Source: Macrostomum lignano (lineage: Eukaryota). From it: a stretch of 64,000 nt of DNA. Below are positions 13,216 through 26,257 of this stretch, one piece after another. The notes below the pieces were generated by a model, which was not told where the DNA came from, made no database searches, and worked only from the letters and a program-made list of their open reading frames with translations. The stretch spans positions 62,001 to 126,000 of the forward strand of contig NIVC01002826.1 of NCBI GenBank assembly GCA_002269645.1, written 5' to 3'. The position numbers and the translations under genes were made by a program. Position 1 is the first letter of the stretch, and the number at the start of each line of letters is the position of its first letter.

Positions 13216-14280
13216 TCAGATGACCGCGCAGCACACGTTGCCGGGCTGCTGGTCCTTGACGTTCTTGTTCACGTCGCCCTCCTTGCCGTTGGCGGTGGCC
13301 TCGCCTTCTTTCTTCTCGCCGCCCTGACGAGTCGCAATTTGGGGGAGTTGGTATTATTCGAGATTAGGTGTATAAAATGGTGCATTATTTGTTTCGGGTC
13401 GGGTTAGAAATGCCAATACATGTAATAAAGTCACAATGTGTACATTTTTGCCGCAGTGGAAATGGTAGACTTAGTGATCTACGAAGCTAGATGTACGCAG
13501 CAGGTGCATTGAAAGGGACAGCTGTGTTAAAAAATGTGATAAGCTTGATGAAGACGCTTAGCGCTAAATATCTTGTGCTTTGAGAGTGAAATCCATCAAT
13601 TATCGAATAAAAATCACCTGTTGAATTTCACCTCCTCTTCGAACTGATACTATTATCTCACCTGTTCGTCATTTGGTGTTGCACTGTCTGGCTTTTGGGA
13701 TTCCTGCATCCGGGATGCGGTTTGCGATGCGAGATTGGTCACGGATCTGCATTTTGTTCCCTTTAACAGCCTGGGGCTTCAATAGTAAAATTAACGGGGC
13801 CACTCACCTCTGCAGCAGCGGGCGTCTCTGCCGGCTTCTCCTCAGTCGCCGGAGCCTGCGGGAGTTACACGAGGGCCGATTTGGGGCTGCTCAAGGAGGC
13901 CAGTGAGATCAGAGAGAAAGCAAAGCAAAGTGCTTTCCACCCGGGCAGTCGAGAGAGTAACATCAATCTTGCTTGGTCACAAAAGCAACAAAGGGGAAAA
14001 GGAAAAAAGTTTTCTTTGTCAACTCGGTCATACAATCGTAGTTGAAACACTTCAAATCTTTGCAAAAGGAAATTGGAAATCGGAAGAAACTCTGCAAACC
14101 GCAATAAAAGATCTATCAGCTTCACATGAAGATGCTGTTACATTTTATCAGCTTTACCTCAGCCTCAGGGGCGGGAGCTGCAATAATTATTGAATTAGAA
14201 ATGAAAATCCACTTCAATCAACAGCACTTGTCATCAACTCACTGCAGAGAGTCACAGTACTCACCCGCTTCCTCTGACAT
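13216..14280 (-). CDS. 63-aa acidic, disordered protein ending in CCAVI (palmitoylation + CaaX prenylation motif); 4 exons
   Basis: Exons 14280-14265, 14177-14158, 13855-13808, 13323-13216, all GT-AG and phase compatible (192 nt). Product MSEEAAPAPEAEAPATEEKPAETPAAAEGGEKKEGEATANGKEGDVNKNVKDQQPGNVCCAVI*. An in-frame TGA lies two codons upstream of the ATG. Confidence 0.8.
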
Positions 14281-15047
14281 TATTCAGGAAGTTCTTGCTG
14301 GCGTTCTCGCTGAAGCAATCAAGCAGAAACAGTCGCTAAAGAAGAGAAGGTGGCTGGCGGCGTTGGTGGTGGCTGGAGGGAGGGTCGAGTTTTGCTCCGC
14401 GCGCCGCGTTTCATATCCTGGTCGAGCCGCTTCACTGAGGGACCCTCCTTCGCTCGGGGCGAGAGAGGGACAGAGGGGAAGAAATCGATTTGAGATCGGG
14501 CTGTGCGCGCACACGGCTACTCTGGCCATATCTACACTGCAGCATTTGGCTGGGAGCAACTTCTCTGCAGCAGCAGCGGCAGCAGCAACAGCAGCTGTTT
14601 AGCGAAGAGTTTTCGGGGCAGCCCTTAAGAGCTGGAGGGCTGCGGGGAGTGTCCATAACTTCTGTTGCTACATTCCCTTCCCGTGTGTGTGTGTCTCCCC
14701 TCTATTATCCCCCCAGCCGGGAATCGATTTCTGTGCACTGCTGGGGCTGAGCCCGGGGACCTGCATATGGCGACTGCAATGCTATTTGGACCGCACTGCA
14801 TACTAAGCCCGCCCACGTGTATTCAGAAATTGCTGCTAAGTCTGCAGTGCTTAGATCTGTCTCGATCACTCTCTCGCACAGTTTGAAGTTGGACAATTGG
14901 ACTTTTCCTTCTCTCTCCGAGATCAGCCCACTGTTATAGTTTAGTCCGGACCATCTTCGTATTCGAATAGCTCTCAAGGATCATGCATCTTATCATTGCC
15001 TGTTGCTTTTTGGAAAATAGTGCAGTTGCGGTTGCAAGCTAATGTGA

Positions 15048-15132
15048 TACTGCTGATGAGGCTATTGCTGATGGGGCTATTGCTGATGAGGCTATTGTTG
15101 ATGAGGCTATTGCTGATGAGGCTATTGCTGAT
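15048..15132. repeat. 15-bp minisatellite (GAGGCTATTGCTGAT)n, left part
   Basis: Direct; the same array continues at 16552-16890. Confidence 0.92.
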
Positions 15133-16551
15133 GGGTCTACGAAGTTTGCCAGCCGACGTTTGCCAGCCGACGTTTGCCTGCGGGACGTTTGCCTGCGGGA
15201 CGTTAGCCAGCCGACGTTTGCCAGCCGACGTTTGCCAGCCGACGTTTGCCAGCCGACGTTTGCCAGCCGACGTTTGCCAGCCGACGTTTGCCAGCCGACG
15301 TTTGCCAGCCGACGTTTGCCAGCCGACGTTTGCCAGCCGACGTTTGCCAGCCGACGTTTACGGCCAGCCAACATTAAGTCAGTGAGTGAAAAATTTGATA
15401 CTGAAATATTCGCAATTTAGCGGTTTGAAAAAAACCGGTTTTTAGTCCAACATTTTCGCAAGTATAAAAGTTCGAAAACAAAATCTATACAAATTATGCA
15501 GTTCATCAATCTAGCATCTAGTTTAAGAATAATTTCTTTGAATGTGAAAATATTATAAAGTTTACTTCTGACAGTTTTGTATCGCTTTTCCCAGTTTGAG
15601 ATGTTTGATTTTTGATTTGCGAATGAAGACGCGCAAATTTAAACGAGAATCTCCAGCGAGCCAAGTTTTGGGCAAATAAAAGACCTGCTGAACGATAATT
15701 CTGGCTTATATATTTCCCAGTTCATTGGGAGATCCAAAAGTAAGCGAATTAATTCCAATGATGCTTGTCAAGTGCACGCTGTCATGGCCAAAACTCCGTT
15801 AAGCAGAGTTTGGCTTTTGAGTTAAGTATAGGCGAGACTAGGCCAATACCATTATGGATGTCTCAGTCTTTTCCCATTTAGCTTGTAAACATTTAGCTTG
15901 TTTGGCCAAGATGGAAAGGGCCGTTCCATGGCATTCATAGGCATCAACTGTGACGGTGGAAACTCCTATTTTGTATTTGACCTTCCTATTTAGGCAGAAA
16001 AGAGCAACAACTTCAATAAGCCTGAACAGTAGTTTGTTAGTAACCTGCATATTTATTAGCAGTGTAGGGAGCGAGCTGGAATTAGATTCGTGCTGTGTCC
16101 ACAGTTTTCAAATGCAAGTACATGTAGGCCTAGAGAGGGCATAATTCTTTAATCAATTGCCGCCTGCAAATGTCCGGCAGGCAAACGTCGGCTGGCAAAC
16201 GTTGGCTGGCAAACGTCCCGCAGGCAAACGTCGGCTGGCAAACGTCGGCTGGCAAACGTCGGCTGGCAAACGTCGGCTGGCAAACGTCGGCTGGCAAACG
16301 TCGGCTGGCAAACGTCCCGCAGGCAAACGTCGGCTGGCAAACGTCGGCTGGCAAACGTCGGCTGGCAAACGTCGGCTGGCAAACGTCGGCTGGTAAACGT
16401 CGGCTGGCAAACGTCGGCTGGTAAACGTCGGCTGGCAAACGTCGGCTGGCAAACGTCGGCTGGCAAACGTCGGCTGGCAAACGTCGGCTGGCAAATGTCC
16501 CGCAGGCAAACGTCGGCTGGCAAACGTCCTGCAGGCAAACATCGCTATCCC
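15133..16551. mobile_element. Non-autonomous foldback/Mutator-like element with terminal inverted arrays of a 14-bp unit
   Basis: GGG...CCC termini; (GCCAGCCGACGTTT)n at about 15146-15370 is inverted relative to about 16166-16540; ATTGCTGAT flanks both ends (15124-15132, 16552-16560), a 9-bp TSD. Confidence 0.7.
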
Positions 16552-16890
16552 ATTGCTGATGAGGCTATTGCTGATGGAGCTATTGCTGATGAGGCTATTG
16601 CTGATGGAGCTATTGCTGATGAGGCTATTGCTGATGGAGCTATTGCTGATGAGGCTATTGCTGATGGAGCTATTGCTGATGGAGCTATTGCTGAGGAGGC
16701 TATTGTTGAGGAGACTATTGCTGATGAGGCTATTGCTGATGAGGCTATTGCTGATGGAGCTTTTGCTGAGGAGGCTATTGCTGATGAGGCTATTGCTGAT
16801 GAGGCTATTGCTGATGAGGCTATTGCTGATGGGGTTATTGCTGATTAGGGTTATTACTGATGGGCGATTGCTGATGGGCGATTGCTGATG
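16552..16890. repeat. 15-bp minisatellite (GAGGCTATTGCTGAT)n, right part
   Basis: Direct. Confidence 0.92.
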
Positions 16891-16944
16891 GGGCCAATCA
16901 ATATGCTGACAAGGTGGTAATTGGACAAAAAACAGAGGGTCAAT

Positions 16945-17975
16945 AATATTAATAATGATAATCTCATGCCCCGCGCCGACCACACAAGTGGCCAAAACGG
17001 GAGGGGGGCGTCAAATCGTGCTCTTCAGGGCAAGGTCTCTGACGTGCTTCACGCCGGCTGCCTGGATGGCTGCTCGCGCATCATCGAAAAGACGGTCGAT
17101 GCGCCTGCGAGGTCCCTGCGGAGTCCACAGCAGGACGTCCTGCAGCGGCTCTGGGCAGAATTCTTCGGCCCGGATGACACGCCCGGCAAGCCGCAGACGT
17201 CGCTTGCGCTCAGCAGGACAGAAGGCCGCGTCAGGCGCTCTCGCTGGTACAAGGAGTCGGTCGTCTCGCTGCCAGGGCCGCGGCGGGCGCCGAACGCGGC
17301 ACGAACCAGAGCCGCGTGCGCCGCGTCGAGCTGCCTCTCGAGCGCCCCGGTCAGCGTCCAGGTCTCAGCATTGTACAGGAGGGCGGTCTCGACAACAGCC
17401 TGGAACAGCTGGGACCTGGCGCTGTCCGAAAGGGCCCCGAGAGCAGCACCGCTCGAAAAGATCGAAAGGCAGCCCAGGTCTTGCCGCGCCGTCTCGCCAG
17501 GTCGTCGCTCACGTCTGGCACCAGCCCGCCGAGGTAGAGGAACTGACAGCACTTCGGGAGCACCGTCCCAGGGCCGTCGCCGTCTGAGTCGTATCTCGGC
17601 GGGTAGATCGTGGGGCACCATCAGCACCTCGGTCTTTTTGGCGTTGAGGACGAGACCGACTCTCGCAGCCGACGCAGTCAAGCCATCCAGCAGCCGTTGG
17701 GCGCCTTCGGCCGTCGTAGACAGCAGGGCGAGGTCGTTCGCGTAGCCGAGGAGGGACAGCCTCTTCTCCGAGTGTCGCCGACTGGTGCGCCTTTGCAATA
17801 GAAAGCCTTCTCAGCGTCAGATGTTGGTTGCCAGGCAAGTTGCAGTTGCTCGACTGTGCGTCGGGCTTCTCAGACCTCCGAGTCGCTCGCCCAAACCGGA
17901 AGTCGCCGTGACGCGGGTGCCTTGGTCTTGCAGGGCGCGGAAATATCTTCTTCTGGGGCGATGGAGCGGTCAATG
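16945..17975 (-). mobile_element. Degenerate RTE-clade non-LTR retrotransposon fragment (RT C-terminal half plus an upstream piece)
   Basis: LLGYANDLALLS..GLVLNAKKTEVL..FLYLG..LLYNAETWTLT with frameshifts; AT-rich (ATT)-like tail near 16945. Confidence 0.88.
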
Positions 17976-19019
17976 CAAGTGCTAATCGAACTAAATTTTT
18001 AATATCATTTAAATTTCAAACATAAAAAGCTATTTTTATTTTCAAAGCTGACTACTGGACTAAGATGATATCAGTAGTCTCGTGCGCCAACTTTACGAGG
18101 TATTATTCTTTGCATTGTTGTTGAGACCAACATTGAAATGAGGTATAGGAATTTAACAGACATTCAATCCTCTACTTGAACGCAAGTCTGCACATTTAGC
18201 AGTGTTCTAAATGTAATTTTTATGATTATTTCTGCCAAGCCCGACTATAAACTGAAATTTTGAATCGCACGGCTCACTAAGCATGGAGGGGACTCCGCTG
18301 AGGAGCTGGGAAAATTGAATTTCACTTCGAATAGCTCGAGCCCCCCCCCAGTTTCTCCCGTTCTCTCTAAGTTTTTAGCCTGCAAGCTCGCAGTTTTTTC
18401 CAGATTCCTTCATCTAAATTCCCGCCATTTCCTTCCCAGCACTCCCTTTTCTTAGTTTGTACTTTTCACCCTCCCAAGAGGGGAGAATTCCCCCTGCGGC
18501 TTGCGTTATCTCAGACTCGCTGAGCAGAGGGAGAGAGAGGAGAGTTAGATAGCTCAGAAACTATATAGCCTATAGGAGCTCAGAAGACGCGATCAAGAGG
18601 CTGCGGAATCAATGGGTTTGTAGAATTTTGATTGACAGGCCTCTTGGCGCTCTGTAGCGATTGCAGACTCACGCGCGCTCCGCGATGCTGCATGGCCTCA
18701 GCTGTGTCCTTACTTACCCACTGGGAATGCCACTCCCCATTGTCCCAGTAGTGCGCCCTGACATGCACTGAATGCAATTCAATATGCTCACTCAGACCCG
18801 CTGACAATGAGCTGCCGAGAGAGAGCTCTTCGCGCTAGAAGCTGTGACGATGCAGCTAGCTGGAAATCTTCTGTTAACCTAGCATTCATTTGAAATGGTG
18901 CTGCCTGAGATTCTGCATTAATAAATTATAATGCTTGGACCGTGAGCCCGTGTGAGTAAGTAATACCATTCCTGCATGCACCACTTCTTGAACCAACCGC
19001 TTTACCGGGGTCTGATACC

Positions 19020-19125
19020 CGGTCTGAGTGGACTGAGTCGGTTGGGTCTGAGTGGACTGAGTCGGTTGGGTCTGAGTGGACTGAGTCGGTTGGGGTCTGA
19101 GTGACTGAGTCGATTGGGTCTGAGT
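19020..19125. repeat. ~24-bp tandem repeat (GGTCTGAGTGGACTGAGTCGGTTG)
   Basis: About 4 copies, direct. Confidence 0.85.
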
Positions 19126-19750
19126 GCAGAAACTAGATTTACGCTCGTATAACTTTCTGTAAGACCGAGTGAGCTGCACTCCTTCTCAAGTTCCAGTTTT
19201 GTACGGCCAACCAATACAGTTTTAAAAAACGTGCCAAAGGCAAACCAACCGTTTGTAAGGCGGAGGGAGGCCCGCATAGAAACAAAACAATCTGCAAGCC
19301 ATGCAGCGACTACTATAAATTGGAATTAGATAAAGACTTGCTCACACCTGTTTTGAGCAGAGAACTGCAACAAGGCGGAGCAAAAAACGATTATAATTTT
19401 TTTTAATTTTTTTAATCTGCTTTCTTAGCGCCATGGGGGTGGGGTTGGGCTGTAACCAGCAGCTCAAATAGTTGACTCAGTTCCACAAACTCCCGACAGG
19501 CCACTGCAGGCCCGAGAAGCGCTCTGTGCCCCGCCGAGACTGCTGCGTCTCATAACTGGCCCGTGCCTGTTTAAATCTCAACAGCGGCTCAATGGTAACC
19601 GCATCTGGCTCTCACGTCGGCGTCACGACCCCTGGTTCAGTTTATTCGGGACTTCCATACGAAAATTTCGTCAGGGTGCCTACAGGCGTCCTGCAATCAT
19701 TAATATTGATGACATGCTGTGAGAAGACAATGCATTGTGGCTACATCAAT

Positions 19751-19913
19751 CAGGAGTCGGAAACTTCGGCCCTCGGGTCCTTTGAAACTTCACAATAGCA
19801 ATCCGGCCCGGTCTGTGTCTCTTCTTATCTCTCTTCTCAGTTCTCTCCTCTCTCTACCCTCTCCTCTCTCATCTAGCCCGCAGTAATGATCTAGATTCGT
19901 TATCTGACCCCTG
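19751..19913 (-). mobile_element. Short hAT-type MITE copy (same family as 59676-60059)
   Basis: Shares CCGGATTGCTATTGTGAAGTTTCAAAGGACCCGAGGGCC and the GA-rich core in reverse orientation; CAGGAGTCGG...GACCCCTG ends. Confidence 0.65.
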
Positions 19914-20626
19914 ACGTAAAAAAAGCTCACCGACCCCAGCCAGATCTACTTGATCGGCGGCAGAAAATGTGATCTTTATTTGACTTGAAAGTGAGATTAA
20001 TTCAAAAAAAATCGTCCAACCAAACCTGATAACTTGAATAAAATTAGTTGCAGAATTTTCAGAATTTTTGGGTGCAAACTGAAAACATGCAGACAGCTGT
20101 CGGGAAATGGCCGGGGGAGCCCATGGGGCCCTGAACTCCACGACTCTCTATACAAGCCAAATTAGGTTTAGATGGGCCTCTCCGTCTCTCTTCTCTTCTC
20201 TTCTCTCTCTAATGAAGAGACTGCTTGGCTGTGATCATTTCTTTGAATTCTCTACTCAGCACTGATAAGCAGAGCATGCATGTGAGCACTGAGCAGTTCT
20301 AACTGATAAATCATTCAGGCTTGCGGTATCTGTTCAAGCATTTGGGTGGACAGACAGGAACTTAGAAGACGTTTAGAACCTTAAGCTTGACACTAAGGTA
20401 CACTAAGGCGGTCCTAGAAAAATCATTTGCTGTCGCAGTCTTCTCTTCTTCAAGCCTTCTTCATTTGGCTGCTTTAGTTTTGTTTTCAGTTTACAGTGTT
20501 TCTTAAAGAAATGTATTTAATCTAATATTAAAATTTTGATATCTTTCCAAAGACTAGAAACGTAAAAGCCCATATGACTTTTATTGCGATCTGAACTCAG
20601 GCTTGGCAAGGGTTTTTGTTTGGAAA

Positions 20627-21158
20627 GCGCCAGCACCAAGGGGCGCCAGCACCAAGGGGCGCCAGCACCAAGGGGCGCCAGCACCAAGGGGCGCCAGCAC
20701 CAAGGGGCGCCAGCACCAAGGGGCGCCAGCACCAAGGGGCGCCAGCACCAAGGGGCGCCAGCACCAAGGGGCGCCAGCACCAAGGGGCGCCAGCACCAAG
20801 GGGCGCCAGCACCAAGGGGCGCCAGCACCAAGGGGCGCCAGCACCAAGGGGCGCCAGCACCAAGGGGCGCCAGCACCAAGGGGCGCCAGCACCAAGGGGC
20901 GCCAGCACCAAGGGGCGCCAGCACCAAGGGGCGCCAGCACCAAGGGGCGCCAGCACCAAGGGGCGCCAGCACCAAGGGGCGCCAGCACCAAGGGGCGCCA
21001 GCACCAAGGGGCGCCAGCACCAAGGGGCGCCAGCACCAAGGGGCGCCAGCACCAAGGGGCGCCAGCACCAAGGGGCGCCAGCACCAAGGGGCGCCAGCAC
21101 CAAGGGGCGCCAGCACCAAGGGGCGCCAGCACCAAGGGGCGCCAGCACCAAGGGGCGC
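20627..21158. repeat. Perfect 16-bp tandem array (GGGCGCCAGCACCAAG) x ~33
   Basis: Direct; generates all six repeat ORFs here. Confidence 0.98.
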
Positions 21159-24100
21159 ACGACAGTCACTAAAACAGTCATTATCTCACATTCAAGACTA
21201 CCAATATACTTTTCGAAGCCTTTTACTTTTGGTTGCATTTGACTTGAGGTTAATCTAAAAGTCTGAATTGAATTAATTTCTTTGCTGGATGCGAGAAAAA
21301 GCGAAAGCACACAAGCAAAATTGAGCCTTCAAATAAATTGTCCCATAGAGCAACGAGTGTTTTGCAGAGAGTCTTGCCTGGGCCTGGGACTGCATGGGAC
21401 ACAATCATGATCGTCTTATGATCTTCAAATGCGATCAAATACTAGAATGCCGCGGGGTCCAGAGCCGCGCTCTGAAGCTTATGGGGGGGGGCTCAGCTTT
21501 ATAGACGGTTGAATTTTTTTCCTAGTTTTTCTGCTTTTAGCCAAAAATCCGAGAGCAAAGTCGGGGGACGTTCTTATTATAGAGTTTCAGACTATAAATA
21601 TTGAGCAGAACTCATCAATTCTCTTAAGGCAGCAGTAGACGAGAGGAAGGTAGCAGTGCAGGCGGGAGGCGGTTCCTTCTCCCATGGCCAATGCACCGAA
21701 ATCCCAACACCCTTTTTCTCCCTGAAATTCTGGAAGCAAGCTAGTTGTTAAAATATTCAAGCGCATATAGCGGGGGGCTGCAGAGCGGTATGAAAGAAAG
21801 AAAGTGAGAACGAAGCCATTGCTGTGACACGAAATCCGCGACTCTCTAAAGTCCGGACTGCATGGGGGGCTGAGGCCGGGCTGCGCACGGGGAACGGGGG
21901 GGAGGGTATGTGGGACGGGGACACGCGAGGGCCGTTGCTAATGGTTACGCAGATCTTACCTACTAAGCTCCCCCCTATCCAAACACAATGGGGCCCAGAG
22001 CTGAGCTGTGTGAGGGCGGCAGCTGCAGTGTCTGCAACTGCTGGATTCTGTCCTCCCAATGGCCCAGCCAGCCATTGAAGTGAATATGGTAGACAAAAAA
22101 GCATCCGGGCATTTCTTCCAACTCGCCTATTGTCAATGTCTGAATTATGGGAACAATGAGAATTTTTAATATTCTATTATTCGCTTGTATTTCTTTTCAT
22201 AGTTCAAAGAAATAAACAATAATGAAAAAGCAGGCATACTATGATAATAAAAGGGCCGCCAGTGCGACCTTTGACTGATTTACTTAGGCAACAAGACCTG
22301 CTACCAGGTGGGCGTTCAAGCAACAGAATGCAATGCGGCATTCACAGTGAGCCAATTGACTAGGATTTTCGTTCAACAGCGTCGTTCATTCCTCTATCGG
22401 ACATCATTACCTGACAGTATTAGAGTTGGAAAACTATTTAAAAATGATAGTATTTATGTCCAATATTGTCAGGTAAGACGTCGTCAATAATCAACAGAGG
22501 ATCAAATAATTATTGTATCATTTGTATGGGAGGGATGAAAGGCTTGGTGCAAAACAAGTGAACTGATCTTTTATATTGACCTATATATACTAGAAAAAAT
22601 TACCTTGTAAAGGGTATAGATCTATAAATAATCAGTGAGTGAGCCGTTATGAGTCTCATACACTTACCTTGAGTATATATATACTTTACTTGATTGAGAA
22701 TAAAAGCAGACAAATGCTGAGAGTGGAGCCAGCTCAGAGTCAGCCAGTCTGGGGAGAGGACAGGGGGGCTGACCGGACCTGCATTTTAAGGCCTTCTCTG
22801 TACCCAAGGGGTGGAGAGGTGGGGGGAGAGAAGGGGGCGGGAGCTGACAGGTAGACCCAGCTGGCCAACCAGAACGGCACACACACACACAGTTGGGTGC
22901 AGAGATGGGGTCCTGCTCCGGACAGCCCCAACTTTGTGCTTGCGTTGGAAGAAAAAAAAGAAAAAAATCAGGCAAATAAAATACCAGCAGTCCTTGGACA
23001 ACTTATAGTATAAAAATATGCAAAATCTGAAAGATCAAAAGATTTGAGCTAGACACCACTGTCGAAATTGACTCGCCAGGGAATATTGGAATCGCTTGTA
23101 CCACCTCTTATATACATAGTTCGAACTTCGAATACTTTTCGCAGCCATAAATTAAATAGCCGAACCCATGGCAGAAGTAGAACAAAGAATAAAATACAAC
23201 TGTAATATATCCTACAGAGACCTGCAAGTGCGTAAATACGTCCTGTAAAGCTGGCAGGGTTATTGTTGTTATGCTTGAACAAGTCAAGAACAAGAAGCAA
23301 TCTGGGCCGAGCGATCCGAGCACTGATAAAGCGGCATTCCCAAAAAAACTGGGTTTGAAGACTTCAGCCCCAGCTGTCTTGTCCAAAGACAAAGTACTCG
23401 TTAAATTCCCAGCCGCAAAAATTCTTCCTACAGGCAAAACCTTCCAATATACCTCTCCTCCTCTAAGCGGAGACACTCAAAACTGGGAGTGGAAATGGGA
23501 TTTGCCAATTCCTGAGTTAAAGGGAACGGAGATGGAGACGAGAAGCTGAGCACTCCATCGTGCACGCAGGTGGAGGACAGTGGGACTATGGGGTTAGTCG
23601 ATCGGTTTTGCCTAGTCTCATGAATCTCTCCCAACCTCTCCTCCACTCCGCTCCCTCCTTTCGGTTGTGCGCGCATCCCGCCAAGTGCATGCAGTACGCA
23701 GAGGGGCAGAGAGGAGCGGTGGCCCCCGCTGCTTGACTCCCCTACCCCCTTGACGTCCCTCAAGGCCCGCAACTCCAAAGCAAACCCAGCTCTGTCAGGC
23801 GGGAGCAGCACTGTAAAGAATGCTGCAAGCGATTAAACGATTCCGTGCAGACACCCCCCTGCAGCCTCAGCTCCTCGTTACTATTTATGCCTTTAGTTGA
23901 CGAGTACGCGGATCGTTTTATGGATCGTACGGGACATTTGCAAGGTGGGGCTCACCGGTCAATACCTTAATAACGAGATATGAATGCAGGTTGTGGGCGT
24001 TGTCGGTCTGTATGAGTAAATATAGTCTTACAGGCCAAAGCATGATCCCACAGATCGATCAGTCAACTCAACCATTGCCCCTTTATGCTTTTTAACTGTT

Positions 24101-24962
24101 CTCTAACCGTAGTCGACAGCAAGCCATCTGTAGCGATGATGCGTTGGCTTCTACTATACTGGCTTGCAGAATGCAAGATGCAAAAAACCGACTCAAGCAT
24201 CTCCATTCTCAACCTTGAACTGAACTAAGACAGGCACATGGCAGAGACAATGGAGCATGTCTGGAGCAAGAAGTAGCTGAGAGCTACACAGTATAAAAAT
24301 AAGTTAGCTAAAGCGAGAGGGAAAGAGCCGGCCTAGTCGAGAGAAACGGCAGCTGCAGTTGGTTTATCCCCCGCAGTTTCAGCTGAGAGATTGGTGACAA
24401 AATATAGAATGTAGGGAAGTGAAGAGCGAGCGTGCTTAGGGGAGCGGTGTGCCTGTGCTGCAGCTGCCATTGTTTGGCTGCTTAGTACCCGGCTCAAACG
24501 CACAATAGGCCGGTTGTCAAGGCAAACAATAGCGGCAGCAGAAGCTGTCTGGAGGACTCAACTAACTGCATGCTTTGAGCTTCTACTCAAGTAACTAAAA
24601 GCGGGGATGCTTGGCTCATGAGCTGGGGTATTGCGACTGAAGGCACTGTTTTCCTACCCAACCCTTCATCTCCATGCATTTCCCGCACAATGCATTCATC
24701 AGCGATGGTTATAGCTGCAATGCCTGGCTTTACTAAAATTTCCTACTCTACTGAGCACTCTCATCATTCTATGCTAGCAAACAAGCAGATACTTGACACA
24801 TCCATTTAGCTGTATTCTATAGCATAGCGCAGGACAGATAGATGGAAATAATGCAAGAAGATGTTTTAAATGGTAAAAACGAAACTAAAGGGAAGCAAAT
24901 TTAGCGCAGGGCAAGTGCAGTAGGACGCCACACTCGGTTTATTTAGAATCGCTACTCCAGCC

Positions 24963-25260
24963 ATTAGCAACTATTAGCAACAGCAGCAGCTGGTGTCTGT
25001 GGCCATAACCCCGGGGTTCAGACCATAGACTGTAGCTTCTGCTGCTCTCAAGAATTAGCAACAGCAGCAGCTGGTGTCTGTGGCCATAACCCCGGGGTTC
25101 AGACCATAGACTGTAGCTTCTGCTGCTCTCAAGCGTTAGCAACAGCAGCAGCTGGTGTCTGTGGCCCTAATCCCGGAGTTCGGACCATAGACTGTATAGC
25201 TTCTGCTTCTCTCAAGCATTAGCAGCAGCAGCTTGGTGTCTGTGGCCCAAACCCCGGGGT
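24963..25260. repeat. ~81-bp tandem repeat, about 3.5 copies
   Basis: ATTAGCAACAGCAGCAGCTGGTGTCTGTGGCC... recurs with period 81. Confidence 0.9.
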
Positions 25261-26257
25261 TTTCGGGGCTTCGGAGACGGCAGCTAAATACATTAGCGAA
25301 TTGCTGGAGTGAAACTTCTGGGTAATACATGTATTAGCATCGGTGCTCAAGAGCCTATAACAGTAAATTCTAGTTAGCTCATTTCTAAGAAAATAAGAGT
25401 CGACCGGTACATGCAGCTTTTTTTAATAAAGATATTGGGTGTACACTGCGTTCCTGAAACCCTTTGACAACTCATTATTTTACCTGAGCACGAGTTATAT
25501 AATTTGTCTCCGGCAGATTGTCCCACCTGACTACCTTCTAGCCTAGTCATGAAGCCAACGTAAAATCGATGTCGCAAACCAACACAGTTATTTTGGTATG
25601 TTTTCGACTTTGTATTCGAATCGACATAAACATTCGAATTCAGCCATATTTATATAACAGGGCATAAGAATAATACTGATCTGGTTCGCTGAGCTGGTCA
25701 TAAGCATGAAAGCTCTGGCTAAATCAAGGAGAACATACACTAAGACCCTGAGTTCGCCTGTTCAGGATAATTTATAACTTTTGTTTTAACATCTGAGGGT
25801 GCATAACACAGATTTTATCACTGCCACAGCAAAGACATTAGCGCTACAGCAGTCAATAATTGATTATTACTCAAAGCATCGAGCAAAATGCATTGCACAA
25901 AACTTCGCTGCAGGATTATATTAACCTACATGGTCACTTTTACATAGAAGGTTTGACATTTTAGCAATAAACAACACAGCCTTTAGAAAATTCGCCAGCT
26001 TTTCATGTGTTCAATCATCAATCAGTTAAAAATTCACGCCGATATGTTTTTGTTTAAATTTGATGCAATTTTACGAAACAGTTCCGTCTGTTCCGAGCAT
26101 GGAAGACAAAATAAAACAAAAAGGGATAAAAATATCAAAGCCTAAAATCAAAATGCACAATTAAGGATACTATAAAGAAAATTCGGATTAGCCTACTCTA
26201 AGTAGCACGAAGCACTTTTTTGCTTTTCAATTATATTAGAGAACTGGAAATTCAGAT

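Noticed and set aside
14996-16995. ORFs such as poly(ADEAI), (RRLPADVCQPTFAS)n and (SNSLI)n
   Set aside because: Translations of 14- and 15-bp satellites belonging to a non-coding element.
20517-21310. Six ORFs of 184-237 aa and a CRISPR-like appearance
   Set aside because: A pure 16-bp tandem repeat with no unique spacers and no cas genes; the ORFs are repeat artefacts.
23271-23549. 92-aa ORF MLEQVKNKK...NWEWKWDLP
   Set aside because: No recognisable domain or convincing splice partners; may be a TE remnant.
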